Assembly (NCBI GenBank): GCA_963796685.1
Contig: CAWCMR010000005.1
Coordinates: forward strand, 256,001-320,000
Reading direction: 5' to 3'
From: an uncultured delta proteobacterium
Lineage (GTDB): Bacteria; Myxococcota_A; Polyangia; Fen-1088
DNA length: 64,000 nucleotides
The notes under the pieces were generated by a model. That model made no database searches, was not told the origin of the DNA, and saw only the letters and a program-made list of their open reading frames with translations. The position numbers and the translations under genes were made by a program. This document shows, one piece after another, positions 1-9,599 of the stretch; the stretch's first letter is position 1, and every line of letters begins with the position of its first letter.

Positions 1-198
1 TGGCCCAAGGGGCCTCCAACGGCGCAGACGAAGTGTTTTCGTGCTCGCGTTCCGGCGTCGGAAATCGTGATTTTGCGCCCACGCGGCACGGCCTTTCTCT
101 TCCGGCGGTTATTGCCGCGCGTTGTCCAAGCTCTTTGGCTTCGTTGACGAAGACCCGATTGTCATACAAAATGCCATTTGTATTACGAAGGCACCCAG

Positions 199-432
199 AT
201 GGCGAAGATGGTTCACGCACGGCTCGACGAAGAAAGCGAGCGCACGCTCGTGCGCTTGCGCCGCGCCACTGGGCTTTCCGATTCCGAGCTTCTGCGCCGC
301 GGGCTACGGGCCTTCGACCTCATGCAGGGCGGCCGCGGCGGCCGACGCATCGCCGGTCTGGGCGCCTTCGCGTCGGGCATGCCAGACCTCGGTTCGAACA
401 AGCGACACCTTGCGGGGTTCGGCGCGCGTTGA
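199..432 (+). CDS. CopG/RHH-like antitoxin (VapB-type)
   Basis: MAKMVHARLDEESERTLVRLRRATGLSDSELLRRGL looks like a ribbon-helix-helix; its stop overlaps the TTG start of the PIN gene. Confidence 0.75.
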   Translation: MAKMVHARLDEESERTLVRLRRATGLSDSELLRRGLRAFDLMQGGRGGRRIAGLGAFASGMPDLGSNKRHLAGFGAR

Positions 433-842
433 CGCCAGTGCTCCTGGATACCGGCTGCATCGTGGCTTTGCTCGATCGCAGCGAGACCCATCACGAGGCC
501 TGTGCCACGTCGGTGTCCGACGCCAGTTTTCCGCTGGTCACGTGCGAGCCAGTAATCGCCGAAGCATGCCATCTGCTGCGCAAGCTTCGAGGCGCCGCCG
601 ACGCGGTTCTGGAAAACGTGGGACGTGGCGTATTCACCATCCCCTTTCGCATCGACCAGTCCACGCCTTCGCTGCGCACATTGATGATAAAGTATGCCCA
701 GGTTCCCATGGATCTGGCGGATGCCTGTCTGGTCCACCTCGCCACGGAACTAGGCGCCGACCGCATCCTGACTCTCGACAGCGATTTTCGCATCTACCGC
801 TGGGGCAAGAACCGGCCGTTCAAGTTGCTGATCGACGTCTGA
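429..842 (+). CDS. vapC: PIN-domain toxin (VapC family)
   Basis: VLLDTG..., TCEPVIAE, MDLADACL and ILTLDSDF acidic PIN motifs; TTG start inferred inside ORF 33..842. Confidence 0.88.
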   Translation: MTPVLLDTGCIVALLDRSETHHEACATSVSDASFPLVTCEPVIAEACHLLRKLRGAADAVLENVGRGVFTIPFRIDQSTPSLRTLMIKYAQVPMDLADACLVHLATELGADRILTLDSDFRIYRWGKNRPFKLLIDV

Positions 843-849
843 ACCCGTG

Positions 850-1107
850 TTATCCGGGCGGGAGCAAGATCCGTTCCCGGATGGGCGCAGGGACCTTGGC
901 CATGCGACAATTCTCGAGGTTGTCCGCGGGCTCCACACCAAGGAGCACGATTTCAATTTCCCAATCCCGGACTTCTGTGCGGAACGCTATTCGTCGACAC
1001 TCGTAGTCGACTACCCCAGGCAGTGCGAAAGATAACGCCAAGCTCCCGCTCATGGCAATCAATTTGCTCATCGCAGTCCGTCCTACAACGCTTTGACCAA
1101 GCATCAT
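850..1107 (-). CDS. small hypothetical protein, possible immunity gene or relic
   Basis: ATG overlaps (ATGA) the stop of the upstream SHGC-containing fragment; hydrophobic N-terminal stretch. Confidence 0.35.
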   Translation of the reverse strand: MMLGQSVVGRTAMSKLIAMSGSLALSFALPGVVDYECRRIAFRTEVRDWEIEIVLLGVEPADNLENCRMAKVPAPIRERILLPPG

Positions 1108-1298
1108 CGTGGCGGCCCTTTCTCATCGTAGCCCTTCACCTCGGTAACGACTCCAGCGGCCAGGTAACCCTTTTCCATCATGGCGTCTCGGTCCTTCGGG
1201 CGAATGTGGAGGCATCCGTGCGACTGGTCCAGAGAGAACTCATTCCCCTGGGCCTCGTCTAAGGATTTCTTGGGCCATGCGTCATCTCGGCTTAACAG
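1104..1298 (-). pseudogene. C-terminal fragment of an L,D-transpeptidase (YkuD)-like domain
   Basis: Start-less frame reads ...NEFSLDQSHGCLHIRPKDRDAMMEKGYLAAG...*, with SHGC at 1223-1212; absent from the ORF track. Confidence 0.55.
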
Positions 1299-1303
1299 TT
1301 ACG

Positions 1304-2206
1304 TCAAGTCGCGCCAGAGTCACCCGCCGCGAACCTGCGCAGCCGTTCGCGTGTAATGCGCTGGTTTCCTAGCTCCCAACCGTCCGTCGTGTAGAAAGGG
1401 GCATCCGGATTTGCGCCACTGCACTTCCAATCATCGAGCGGCGCAAAGAATTGCACGAACGCCTCCTTGGTGGGCCAACTCGCCAACGTGCGTGAGTGCC
1501 CGCCATCCTCTACAAGAACCAGTTGGAACTGTCCCCCCGAGAACACAAGGCCATGACCACAGTATTCGCGGTGCCGGTAGTACAAGCCGCTTTGATTCCC
1601 ACCGAGCAACTCGTCCGCCACACGATTCATCAGGTCGATGCCGAAGGGCTCGGGATCGCAGTGAAGTCGCAAAAAGGCCTTGCCCTCTTCGTATCGGTTG
1701 GTGATGACGACGGCGTCGATCTGACCCCGGACTTCGTTCACGAAACGGCGCCAAAAGGAAAGCCTCTCGGGATCGTTCAAGTCGAAGTCCTCGAAAGGGT
1801 TCCACCCTTGCCCTTGGTTCGAGGGCACTGGACAAGTCCCTGTCAGGCCATCCTGGGCGACGAAGACGAGCGACAGCCTACGACCGTCTTGTTTGAGGAA
1901 TTCGATCGCCGCCACCATCACTTCGCGAAGCTCGTCCACCGTGGCGTTTGGCCCATATCGCCAAGCCATCGCTCCAGTCCTTTGATCGATGCCCGCAGGA
2001 AGGCCCCACTGGCCATGCCACGGGGCGTAGAGCAATAGGGGATCGAGCGGTTTACAGTCCAGAGTCATGGCTCTACCACGTATCCAGATCCTCAGGGCAC
2101 GGGGCTGCGTGGCCTCAAAGAGCCATTCGCAGCCCCGACCGCTCGGGAAAGGCCCGGCGAAATGCGGAGAGGGTTTGAACAAACGCCTGAGCAATTGAAG
2201 GATCAT
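1304..2206 (-). CDS. hypothetical protein, possible orphan immunity protein
   Basis: 300-aa ORF co-oriented downstream of the toxin-immunity pair; C-terminal HREYCGHGL...NQRITRERL segment looks globular. Confidence 0.6.
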   Translation of the reverse strand: MILQLLRRLFKPSPHFAGPFPSGRGCEWLFEATQPRALRIWIRGRAMTLDCKPLDPLLLYAPWHGQWGLPAGIDQRTGAMAWRYGPNATVDELREVMVAAIEFLKQDGRRLSLVFVAQDGLTGTCPVPSNQGQGWNPFEDFDLNDPERLSFWRRFVNEVRGQIDAVVITNRYEEGKAFLRLHCDPEPFGIDLMNRVADELLGGNQSGLYYRHREYCGHGLVFSGGQFQLVLVEDGGHSRTLASWPTKEAFVQFFAPLDDWKCSGANPDAPFYTTDGWELGNQRITRERLRRFAAGDSGAT

Positions 2207-2664
2207 GTGAAAACGCTACTGTTTCTCACACCTCGTGACTCACTCCCTTCCGTCGGACGGGCGTGGCTTGCTGAGCGACAATTACATCTCCCCAACGGGT
2301 GAATGTAGTTGACGTCCAGCAGTGGCTTGGATGGTGGGCTTTTCAGGACATCCTCGATGCGCTCGCGTTCGCTGGCGGTAAGCCGGTGGCTTGCGAGAAT
2401 CTTCTCAAGGTCCTTGCGAACCTCGGGACCACCAGTCCGAAGGCTGTCCGAGCCACATGAATCCTCAGGGAGAGTGATCGAAGCCCCGATAAACCGCCAT
2501 GCCGCCTTTGCCGATCTTCCGGTCAGGCGATACCTGCCACCCACCAGGCGACTGCCGGGATCTGTGGGGGCAGGTTCCATCAAAAGACCCCGCGGCGGTG
2601 ATGGTAGCGACCGGCGGTCACGGTGACGACGGATAGAGGGGTCTTTCGCATAATTGCTTGTTCC

Positions 2665-3615
2665 TCACGGCTTTCGCTTTTTTCGAAAGATCGGCGGCTT
2701 GAGCTTCGCGCCTCCCGGGGGCACGACGGGCGGCCAGGGCGGGGGCTCGGTGGTAGCATCGAGATAGGCGGCTTCTTCGTCTGGGATCTTCCCGTCCTTG
2801 TAGCGGTCGTCTTCCCAGAAGAGCGTCCAGGTCGTGGGCTCGCTAGCGTATTCGTAGGTCGTGTACGGCTCCTGCGGATCGATCTCGCTTTCGACTTTGG
2901 AGTAGTCGAGTCGCTTTCCCGCACGTTTGCCCTCCCACGCGTCGTTGCCTTCCCAAAGGTAGTTCGGCGCCCCGCTCGGCAAGGCCGGCATCCAGATTCC
3001 GGAGACGGGCACGCGCTGGCCAGTCTTGATCGATATCCCTCTGGGTTTCGGCGCCGGGGCGATGCTCGCAATCGGCGGGAACAGGACGTCGCTGGCACGT
3101 GCTCTATCGTCGTTGGGACGCGCCGCATCGGGAAATGCCCACAATCCACGCAGGGTCTTGTCCACATACGCACACATGTTTGCGGCGACCACAGCCCAAG
3201 CGTAAATCCCTTCGGGCGGGTTCGGATAAAACTGCCAACCGATGTCCTGGTGCTCCAGCCCAAAGTCAACTTGGCGGCCAAGGATCCAGTCGCGAAAAAA
3301 ACAGCCATCATAGATTTCGGCGTAGCCACGGCTGTCGCGGTGCCGGAGCTTCTCGATGCCATCGGTGAAGGCGGCCTCGTAGCCATGGAAGCTCGCGAGG
3401 TTGCTTCGATGGGCGGCCACGCGATCCGTTGATGGGGTTCGCTGCGAGAATTCCTCGTATCCGGCTACGAAGTTCGCGAACAGGGCTACCATTCGCTGGA
3501 TATACGTCAGCGACGAAAAGCGCTTCGCCAGCCAGATGGCACGGACGAGATCGTCGGCGGTGACCGGAATCTCCTTGCCTGTGAGCTTCGTAACTTTGGG
3601 CGCATACTTCGACAT
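2665..3615 (-). CDS. Imm72-like immunity protein (allele 1)
   Basis: KTGQRVPVSGIW...PNYL...WTLFWEDDRYKDGKIPDEE carries the Imm72 WxDxRY motif; TGATG coupling to the toxin. Confidence 0.8.
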   Translation of the reverse strand: MSKYAPKVTKLTGKEIPVTADDLVRAIWLAKRFSSLTYIQRMVALFANFVAGYEEFSQRTPSTDRVAAHRSNLASFHGYEAAFTDGIEKLRHRDSRGYAEIYDGCFFRDWILGRQVDFGLEHQDIGWQFYPNPPEGIYAWAVVAANMCAYVDKTLRGLWAFPDAARPNDDRARASDVLFPPIASIAPAPKPRGISIKTGQRVPVSGIWMPALPSGAPNYLWEGNDAWEGKRAGKRLDYSKVESEIDPQEPYTTYEYASEPTTWTLFWEDDRYKDGKIPDEEAAYLDATTEPPPWPPVVPPGGAKLKPPIFRKKRKP

Positions 3616-5027
3616 CAGTTCGCTCTCCGTTCCTTCTCGGCGCTATCCCGGTCCTCGGCACGCACCGCTCGTTGTGCTTCGGACGCGGCGGTAGGCCCCG
3701 TCTTGCTCTCGATTTCGTTTGGGCCAAGGCGGTCGACGGTGGCTTCCTTCTTCGGAACGTTGATTCCCGAAAGGCCCGTCCAATTCGTCGACTGAGGCAT
3801 TAGCTTCAAGACCTCCTCCCGCGCGGCAAAATTCGCCTCGTTGAACGTGAAGTCGATGAAAATCTGCGTATCGCCGCCGGGCAGGAACTGACCAAGACTC
3901 TCTTTGGCGTTCTTGATGTCGTTTTCCACCTGGGATGCAATCCTGCCCTCCCAGGCCCATATGCCGCCTTCGGGCACCACAAACTCGATGAATTGGCCGT
4001 TACTGCTCCACGACTCCAGGACTGCGCAGTCCTTCCGCCAAGAGGGACCGTCCTTAGAAAGCCTGTAGAGCCAGAAATTCCCGTCCTTGTACGATTTCGG
4101 CCCGAGCACACGATAGATGCGCGTCCCGGCGGGAATCTTCACAGCGCGTATCGGGCCACTGAAGCTTGCGATAGTATGTCCCTCTGCCCAAAGCCTTTGC
4201 CTCAGGTCCGGCCAGCCTTCGACGTGGCGATAGGCATCGTCGGCGTTCGGTGGGAACGGCGGATTCTCCAGCTTCCACACCGTTCGCGGCTTTCCCTCAA
4301 CGACATCCTCCACCAGCCGCGCCTCGACTTCTCTTGTCTTGCTGCTCAAGCTCGATGGAATCTCGTACCAATCGCCTTCGTGGACATGCTTTTGGATTTC
4401 TTTCAGGCGGCGATTCAACTCCTTGAGCGACTCGGGAATCATCTCCTCGCCCTTGTTCCCCAGCTCGCGAAAGCCACGCTGGATCTGGCGAAGACGAGCG
4501 ATCATGGCATCGTTGATCACGATGCGGGCGTGGTGCAGAACGCCCTCGACCACGTCGTCGATTCGCTGAACCAACTTGTGCCACTGGCCAAGAACTTCGC
4601 CTGTGTATTTCTCGAAGCTCAACTCCTTGAAGAACTTGACTGCGTTGCCATCGCCGATGCGTTTCAGGATCATCATGATGTCGCGCAGGATCTCGGCGTG
4701 CTTGCCGACTCCTTCGCTGGCACGAATGATCAGTTTGCCAACGCCCTTGATGGCACCACCAAAAACCGGAATCAAAGCGAACAAGAGCAGCGTGAGGGTC
4801 AACCACTCCAGCTTGTCCTTGCGCTTCTCGGGGTGTTCGACGAGTCGAAGGATGACGGCGATCAGGTCGCGCACGGCCGTGACATCGCCCACGAGCGGAA
4901 TCATTCCGATGAGGGCATCCACGATGATCTGACTGATGGTCTGCTGCTCGTTGAAGCCGCCTTCGATGGTACCCCACAGCCAGCCACCCACCTCGGCGAT
5001 GACAGACTTCTTCTGGGCCTCGTTCAC
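3615..5027 (-). CDS. polymorphic toxin: FIX-like N-terminus plus Tne2/Tse6-like (putative NAD(P)+ glycohydrolase) tip (allele 1)
   Basis: N-terminal QIIVDALIGMIPLVGDVTAVRDL...ALIPVFGGAIKG; C-terminal FSG..IYR..G.FW..WR.D.AVLESW..VPEG..EGRIASQ..GGDTQI; followed by Imm72. Confidence 0.72.
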   Translation of the reverse strand: MNEAQKKSVIAEVGGWLWGTIEGGFNEQQTISQIIVDALIGMIPLVGDVTAVRDLIAVILRLVEHPEKRKDKLEWLTLTLLLFALIPVFGGAIKGVGKLIIRASEGVGKHAEILRDIMMILKRIGDGNAVKFFKELSFEKYTGEVLGQWHKLVQRIDDVVEGVLHHARIVINDAMIARLRQIQRGFRELGNKGEEMIPESLKELNRRLKEIQKHVHEGDWYEIPSSLSSKTREVEARLVEDVVEGKPRTVWKLENPPFPPNADDAYRHVEGWPDLRQRLWAEGHTIASFSGPIRAVKIPAGTRIYRVLGPKSYKDGNFWLYRLSKDGPSWRKDCAVLESWSSNGQFIEFVVPEGGIWAWEGRIASQVENDIKNAKESLGQFLPGGDTQIFIDFTFNEANFAAREEVLKLMPQSTNWTGLSGINVPKKEATVDRLGPNEIESKTGPTAASEAQRAVRAEDRDSAEKERRAN

Positions 5028-6001
5028 GAAGACGACTCCAAGTGCGAGTCGATGAAAGCGTCGACGTCCAGCTCCTCTTGGAAGTCAGGGTTGGCTGTCT
5101 GGTCTACCTTCTTCCATGGCCGGCTGTCGGGGCCAAATTGGACTCTGATAGGCAGGACTTGAAGGTGAATCGTAGCCTTGCCCTCGGCATCGAGTTGGCC
5201 CTTGACGGTGCTGCCGTCGCTCAGCTCGACTGTGAAGGGCGCCTCATACACGGGCCCGTCGTCGTGGTACAGGTGCTCAAGCTCAAGCACGAAGTCGTCG
5301 GGCTTTTCTTTCTTGAGCAGCGCCTTCATCTGCGACGGCGTGATGGCCGGTCCCTCATCCTTGGGCATCGTGGCCTGGACGGGGATCCTTCGCAGTAGCA
5401 CCAGGCCATTAGGTTCGGAGAAAGGCGGCCGCCAGTCCTTGCTGATCTTTTCGCTGGCTTTGCGAAGAGGCTCCGCGGATGGCGGCGACTCTTTGGCGAT
5501 GCTGACGAGCACGACTTGCGCATCGGGTTGGGACACAACATCGTAGGAGTCACGGCCGGGTATCTTGCCCAGATCCACGTCGACGACCAGCTTGTACTGA
5601 CGGCCACGGTAGGACAGCTTGCTGTGCGTTACTTTTTCAACCTGGGCGACCAGGCGACGTAGCTCCGCAGTGGCGGTGGCATTGTTGGACTTCGCCCCAC
5701 CTCTCTCGACAGCGATCACGCGACCGTCGCGAATGGCGTCGCATATCAGCTTGAGCACCTCGTGATCGCGCATGCGGTCGAGGGAACAGTTGCCTAGCCG
5801 TGCTTCTGAAGCGAAGGCGCGTACTTCCAACCCGGGACGGCGACCCAGATTCTCCAGCATCCAGAGTGCCTTGCGGCTGTCTATCTCCTGGTACCCGCCT
5901 TCGGCACGCATACTCCGCCATGGGGTCGACGAAACGAGGGCGACCTCGTCCTCGTCGGCCATCGTCCGGAATAGGCTTAGCGTTCCGCGGCGGAGGAGCA
6001 T
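5024..6001 (-). CDS. toxin-associated adaptor-like protein (unknown N-terminal domain plus VgrG-tail/transthyretin-like C-terminus), copy 1
   Basis: C-terminal LEHLYHDDGPVYEAPFTVELSDGSTVKGQLDAEGKA...VQFGPD; GTGA overlap with the toxin; paralog at 26767-29078. Confidence 0.6.
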   Translation of the reverse strand: MLLRRGTLSLFRTMADEDEVALVSSTPWRSMRAEGGYQEIDSRKALWMLENLGRRPGLEVRAFASEARLGNCSLDRMRDHEVLKLICDAIRDGRVIAVERGGAKSNNATATAELRRLVAQVEKVTHSKLSYRGRQYKLVVDVDLGKIPGRDSYDVVSQPDAQVVLVSIAKESPPSAEPLRKASEKISKDWRPPFSEPNGLVLLRRIPVQATMPKDEGPAITPSQMKALLKKEKPDDFVLELEHLYHDDGPVYEAPFTVELSDGSTVKGQLDAEGKATIHLQVLPIRVQFGPDSRPWKKVDQTANPDFQEELDVDAFIDSHLESSS

Positions 6002-6185
6002 GGGTCACTGGGATAGCGTGGGCCCTTCAGGTACTTGGCACGGATCGATTCCATTGGGCCAAGTCTATCCCGTCTATTCCGATCTGCGAATTGGGCGACC
6101 CGGCGGAAATCGTGCTTTTGCGTGGAAGCCTGCGGCGCCAAGGGGTAAAGTGCCGGCGCTTTCAGTGCTTGAAAGAGGTATCCAG

Positions 6186-7070
6186 ATGTTTCGAATCCTG
6201 AAATCCGATTGGCTCGCTCCCAAGGTCCGCCGGCTGGAGGTCGAAGCGCCGCGTGTCGCGGCTCGGCACCGACCGGGTCACTTCGTCATCGTCCGCGCCT
6301 ACGAGGGCGGCGAGCGCATTCCGCTGACCATCGCCGACAGCGACAAGAAACGGGGAACCATTTCGCTGGTCATCCAGGTCATCGGCGCGACCACCGAGCG
6401 CTTGTGCTCGCTCGCCGAGGGCGACGCGCTGACCGACGTGGTGGGCCCGCTCGGCAAGGCCACGGAAATCGAGCACTTCGGCCATGTCGTCCTTGTAGGC
6501 GGCGGCGTGGGTACGGCGGTCATCTACCCGCAGGCCTCGGCGCTGAAAGCCAAGGGCAACCGCGTAACCGCGGTCATGGGCGGTCGTTCGAAGCCCTACG
6601 TGATTCTGGAAGAAGAGCTCAAGGCCCATTGCGATGCGGTCTACCCCTGCACCGACGACGGCAGCTATGGTTACAACGGCTTCGTCACGGGCAAGCTGGC
6701 CGAGCTGATCGCGGATCCGGCGCTGCCGGTGAACGCGGTCATTACCGCGGGCCCGGTGCCCATGATGAAGGCCATCGCCAACGTCACGCGCGAGAGGAAG
6801 ATCCTGACCATCGCGTCGCTGAACCCCATCATGGTCGACGGCACGGGCATGTGCGGCGGCTGCCGCGTCACCGTGGGCGGCAAGAACCTGTTCGCCTGCG
6901 TCGACGGCCCGGAATTCAACGCCCACGAAGTGGACTTCGCCTCGCTGACCGATCGATTGTCGGCCTACAAGGATCACGAGCGCAGCATCTGGGCCCGTCT
7001 CAAGACCGACGAAGAGCATCAGTGCAAGCTGCAAGCGGCCATGGCCGAGGCCAACGGAGATTTGCCATGA
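6186..7070 (+). CDS. nfnA: NfnA/SudB-like FAD/[2Fe-2S] subunit of bifurcating transhydrogenase
   Basis: GERIPLTI, GPLG, VGGGVG, SLNPIMVDGTGMCGGCRV and ACVDGPEF motifs; ATG at 6186 after GAGG. Confidence 0.9.
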   Translation: MFRILKSDWLAPKVRRLEVEAPRVAARHRPGHFVIVRAYEGGERIPLTIADSDKKRGTISLVIQVIGATTERLCSLAEGDALTDVVGPLGKATEIEHFGHVVLVGGGVGTAVIYPQASALKAKGNRVTAVMGGRSKPYVILEEELKAHCDAVYPCTDDGSYGYNGFVTGKLAELIADPALPVNAVITAGPVPMMKAIANVTRERKILTIASLNPIMVDGTGMCGGCRVTVGGKNLFACVDGPEFNAHEVDFASLTDRLSAYKDHERSIWARLKTDEEHQCKLQAAMAEANGDLP

Positions 7071-8479
7071 AGCCATCCGAACGAATGAAGATCCAGCGCC
7101 AAGCCATGCCCGAGTCGCCCGCCGACGAGCGCTCGCACCACTTTCGCGAGGTGAATCTGGGCCTGCCGCCCGAGGTGGCCTCGCTGGAGGCCAAGCGCTG
7201 CCTGGCCTGCAAGAACCACGAGTGCGTGGCGGGCTGTCCGGTGGGCATCGACATTCCGGGCTTCATCGCCGCGGTCGACGCGGGCGATCTCGAGCGCGCG
7301 GCGAACGTGCTTTACGCCGCCAACGTTCTACCCGGCATCACCGGCCGCGTGTGCCCGCAGGAAACCCAGTGCGAAGAGCTGTGCCTGGTGGGCAAGAAGG
7401 GCAAGCCGGTCGCCATCGGCTACCTCGAGCGCTACGTGGCGGACTGGGCGCGCACCAACCTCAAGCGCACCATCCAGCTTGCGCCGGCCACGGGCAAGAA
7501 GGTCGCGGTGGTGGGCAGCGGCCCGGCCGGGCTGACCTGCGCGGGCGAGCTGGCCAAGCTTGGCCACGACGTGACGGTGTTCGAGGCATTGCACCGGCCG
7601 GGCGGCGTCCTGGTCTACGGCATTCCCGAGTTCCGCCTGCCCAAGGTCATCGTCGATCAGGAAGTGAAAACGCTGCAGGACATGGGCGTGAAGATCGAGT
7701 GCAACGTGGTCGTCGGCGCAACGATGACCCTCGACGACCTGATGAAAGAGGAAGGCTTCCACGCCGTGTTCGTGGGCAACGGCGCCGGCCTGCCCGTGTT
7801 CCAGAACATCCCCGGCGAAAACCTCAAGGGCGTGTACTCGGCCAACGAGTACCTCACGCGCGTGAACCTAATGCGCGCGTACATGGGCATGGAGGCCGAT
7901 ACGCCGGTCCTGCGCGGCAACGCCGTCGTCGTCGTGGGCGGCGGCAACACCGCCATGGACGGCGTGCGCACCGCGCGCCGCCTGGGCGCCGAGCCCGCGT
8001 GCCTGGTCTACCGCCGCTCCGAAAAGGAAATGCCCGCGCGCGTGGAGGAGGTCCACCACGCCAAGGAAGAGGGCGTGCGCTTCGAGATGCTGACCAACCC
8101 CATCGCGGTCTTGGGCGACGAGGCCGGCTGGGTGCGCGCCGTGCGCTGCCAGCGCATGGGCCTGGGCGAGCCGGATGCCTCGGGCCGCCGCCGTCCCGTG
8201 CCCATCGAGGGCAGCGAATTCGATATCCCGTGCCAGGTGTTCATCGAGGCGGTCGGCACCAAGTCGAACCCGCTGCTCACCCAGGCCACGCCGGATCTCA
8301 AGCTCAACAAATGGGGCAACATCGTCGTCGACGAGAACGGCATGACCAGCATTCCCGGCGTGTTCGCCGGCGGCGACATCGTGCGCGGCGGCGCCACCGT
8401 CATCCTGGCCATGGGCGACGGCAAGAAAGCCGCGGCCGGCATCCACGGCTACCTGAGCAAGCCCGGGGCGACGGCGTAG
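7067..8479 (+). CDS. nfnB: NfnB/SudA (GltD-like, often annotated gltA) large subunit
   Basis: EAKRCLAC..CVAGCPV, GRVCPQETQCE, GSGPAG, YGIPEFRLPK, GGGNTAMD, AGGDIVRGGATVILAMG; ATGA overlap with nfnA. Confidence 0.9.
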   Translation: MKPSERMKIQRQAMPESPADERSHHFREVNLGLPPEVASLEAKRCLACKNHECVAGCPVGIDIPGFIAAVDAGDLERAANVLYAANVLPGITGRVCPQETQCEELCLVGKKGKPVAIGYLERYVADWARTNLKRTIQLAPATGKKVAVVGSGPAGLTCAGELAKLGHDVTVFEALHRPGGVLVYGIPEFRLPKVIVDQEVKTLQDMGVKIECNVVVGATMTLDDLMKEEGFHAVFVGNGAGLPVFQNIPGENLKGVYSANEYLTRVNLMRAYMGMEADTPVLRGNAVVVVGGGNTAMDGVRTARRLGAEPACLVYRRSEKEMPARVEEVHHAKEEGVRFEMLTNPIAVLGDEAGWVRAVRCQRMGLGEPDASGRRRPVPIEGSEFDIPCQVFIEAVGTKSNPLLTQATPDLKLNKWGNIVVDENGMTSIPGVFAGGDIVRGGATVILAMGDGKKAAAGIHGYLSKPGATA

Positions 8480-8491
8480 CCGAGTCGCAGG
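7724..8491 (+). repeat. 768-bp direct repeat copy A (3' half of nfnB plus 12 bp)
   Basis: Near-identical to 17156-17923; about 20 substitutions counted by eye. Confidence 0.95.
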
Positions 8492-8705
8492 GAGGCATTC
8501 GGGCCTGCGCTGCCGCTGTTCCGGCGACCACGGCCTGGCGCGAGGCGCGGTGGGATCGACTGCACCCGGTGCTCGATGCACGGATGCACGTCCTTGCAGC
8601 CAGCCCCTTGCGATCCTCCGATCCTCCTCCGGCCGAGGATCCGCTTCGTGCACCGCACCGGACGCTGGAATGTCTTCGCAGGTTACCGTCGTGCATACAA
8701 ATGCG

Positions 8706-9599
8706 TCAAGGAAAGCATTGCGGTATATGGCAGCTCCGATCGCAGTAGGGGCAGTATTCTGGTAGCCCGTTGTCGGCGCCTAGATCGCACTCCTCAAAGT
8801 TGTCGACTACGCCGTCGCCGCAATAGCTAGCCGTGGTGCACAGAAAAGTGCAACCGGGCTGGCCGTAGAGATCGACATTGCCCGGGCCGTCGTCGCACGT
8901 TTCCTGACCATTGATCACGCCATCACCACAATAGGCGCCGTACCTGCACTCGCTGGAACACCCACCGTAGGTGCCGTCGCCGTTGTGTGGCATCTTGCTG
9001 GTATCGATGCCGTCATCGCATTCCTCGCCAGGTTCCACGATGCCGTTCCCACATACGGTGGCCGGACCACCACCCGCACAAGAAGCCCCCGCATCCTCCC
9101 CGCAATCCTGCGTGCACGGCCTTCCCGGCACCCGGCATCGCCAACCTAGCTCCACCTGCAGGCAGTCACCGGAGCAGCCGTCACCACTCAGCGTATTGCC
9201 GTCGTCGCAGGCTTCACCTGGTGACAGAAGTCCGTTCCCGCAGGCATAGGCCTGGACGCAGGGCTGCCCAAACCGGGGACACGCCCAACCAAATTCGACC
9301 CGACAATAACTACTGCAACCATCCCCATTCAGGACATTCCCGTCGTCGCAGGTTTCGCTACCATCTTGGAAACCATTGCCACAGAGAGCAGAGCTTAAGT
9401 CCTTGGACTCCGTCGAGGTACTGGACGTATCGCCTTTCTCAGTCTGTGCAGCATCTGGCAATGCGGCATCTGGTCCGCGTGAGGTCGGGGTCCCTTTCGT
9501 GCAAGCAAGCCCCGCATATGTCGAAAGAGCAAGACCAAGACCGAGCAGCAGGGGCCCCCGCACGAAACTGCAGCATATGATGATTTTGGTTCTACACAT
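8706..9599 (-). CDS. Myxococcus Cys-rich repeat (DUF4215) lipoprotein
   Basis: Repeated CGNG...E.CDDGN...GDGCS units; GLAC lipobox. Confidence 0.85.
   Translation of the reverse strand: MCRTKIIICCSFVRGPLLLGLGLALSTYAGLACTKGTPTSRGPDAALPDAAQTEKGDTSSTSTESKDLSSALCGNGFQDGSETCDDGNVLNGDGCSSYCRVEFGWACPRFGQPCVQAYACGNGLLSPGEACDDGNTLSGDGCSGDCLQVELGWRCRVPGRPCTQDCGEDAGASCAGGGPATVCGNGIVEPGEECDDGIDTSKMPHNGDGTYGGCSSECRYGAYCGDGVINGQETCDDGPGNVDLYGQPGCTFLCTTASYCGDGVVDNFEECDLGADNGLPEYCPYCDRSCHIPQCFP

Noticed and set aside
7067-8479. Glutamate synthase call
   Set aside because: No large subunit nearby; coupling to an NfnA-type gene favours NfnAB.
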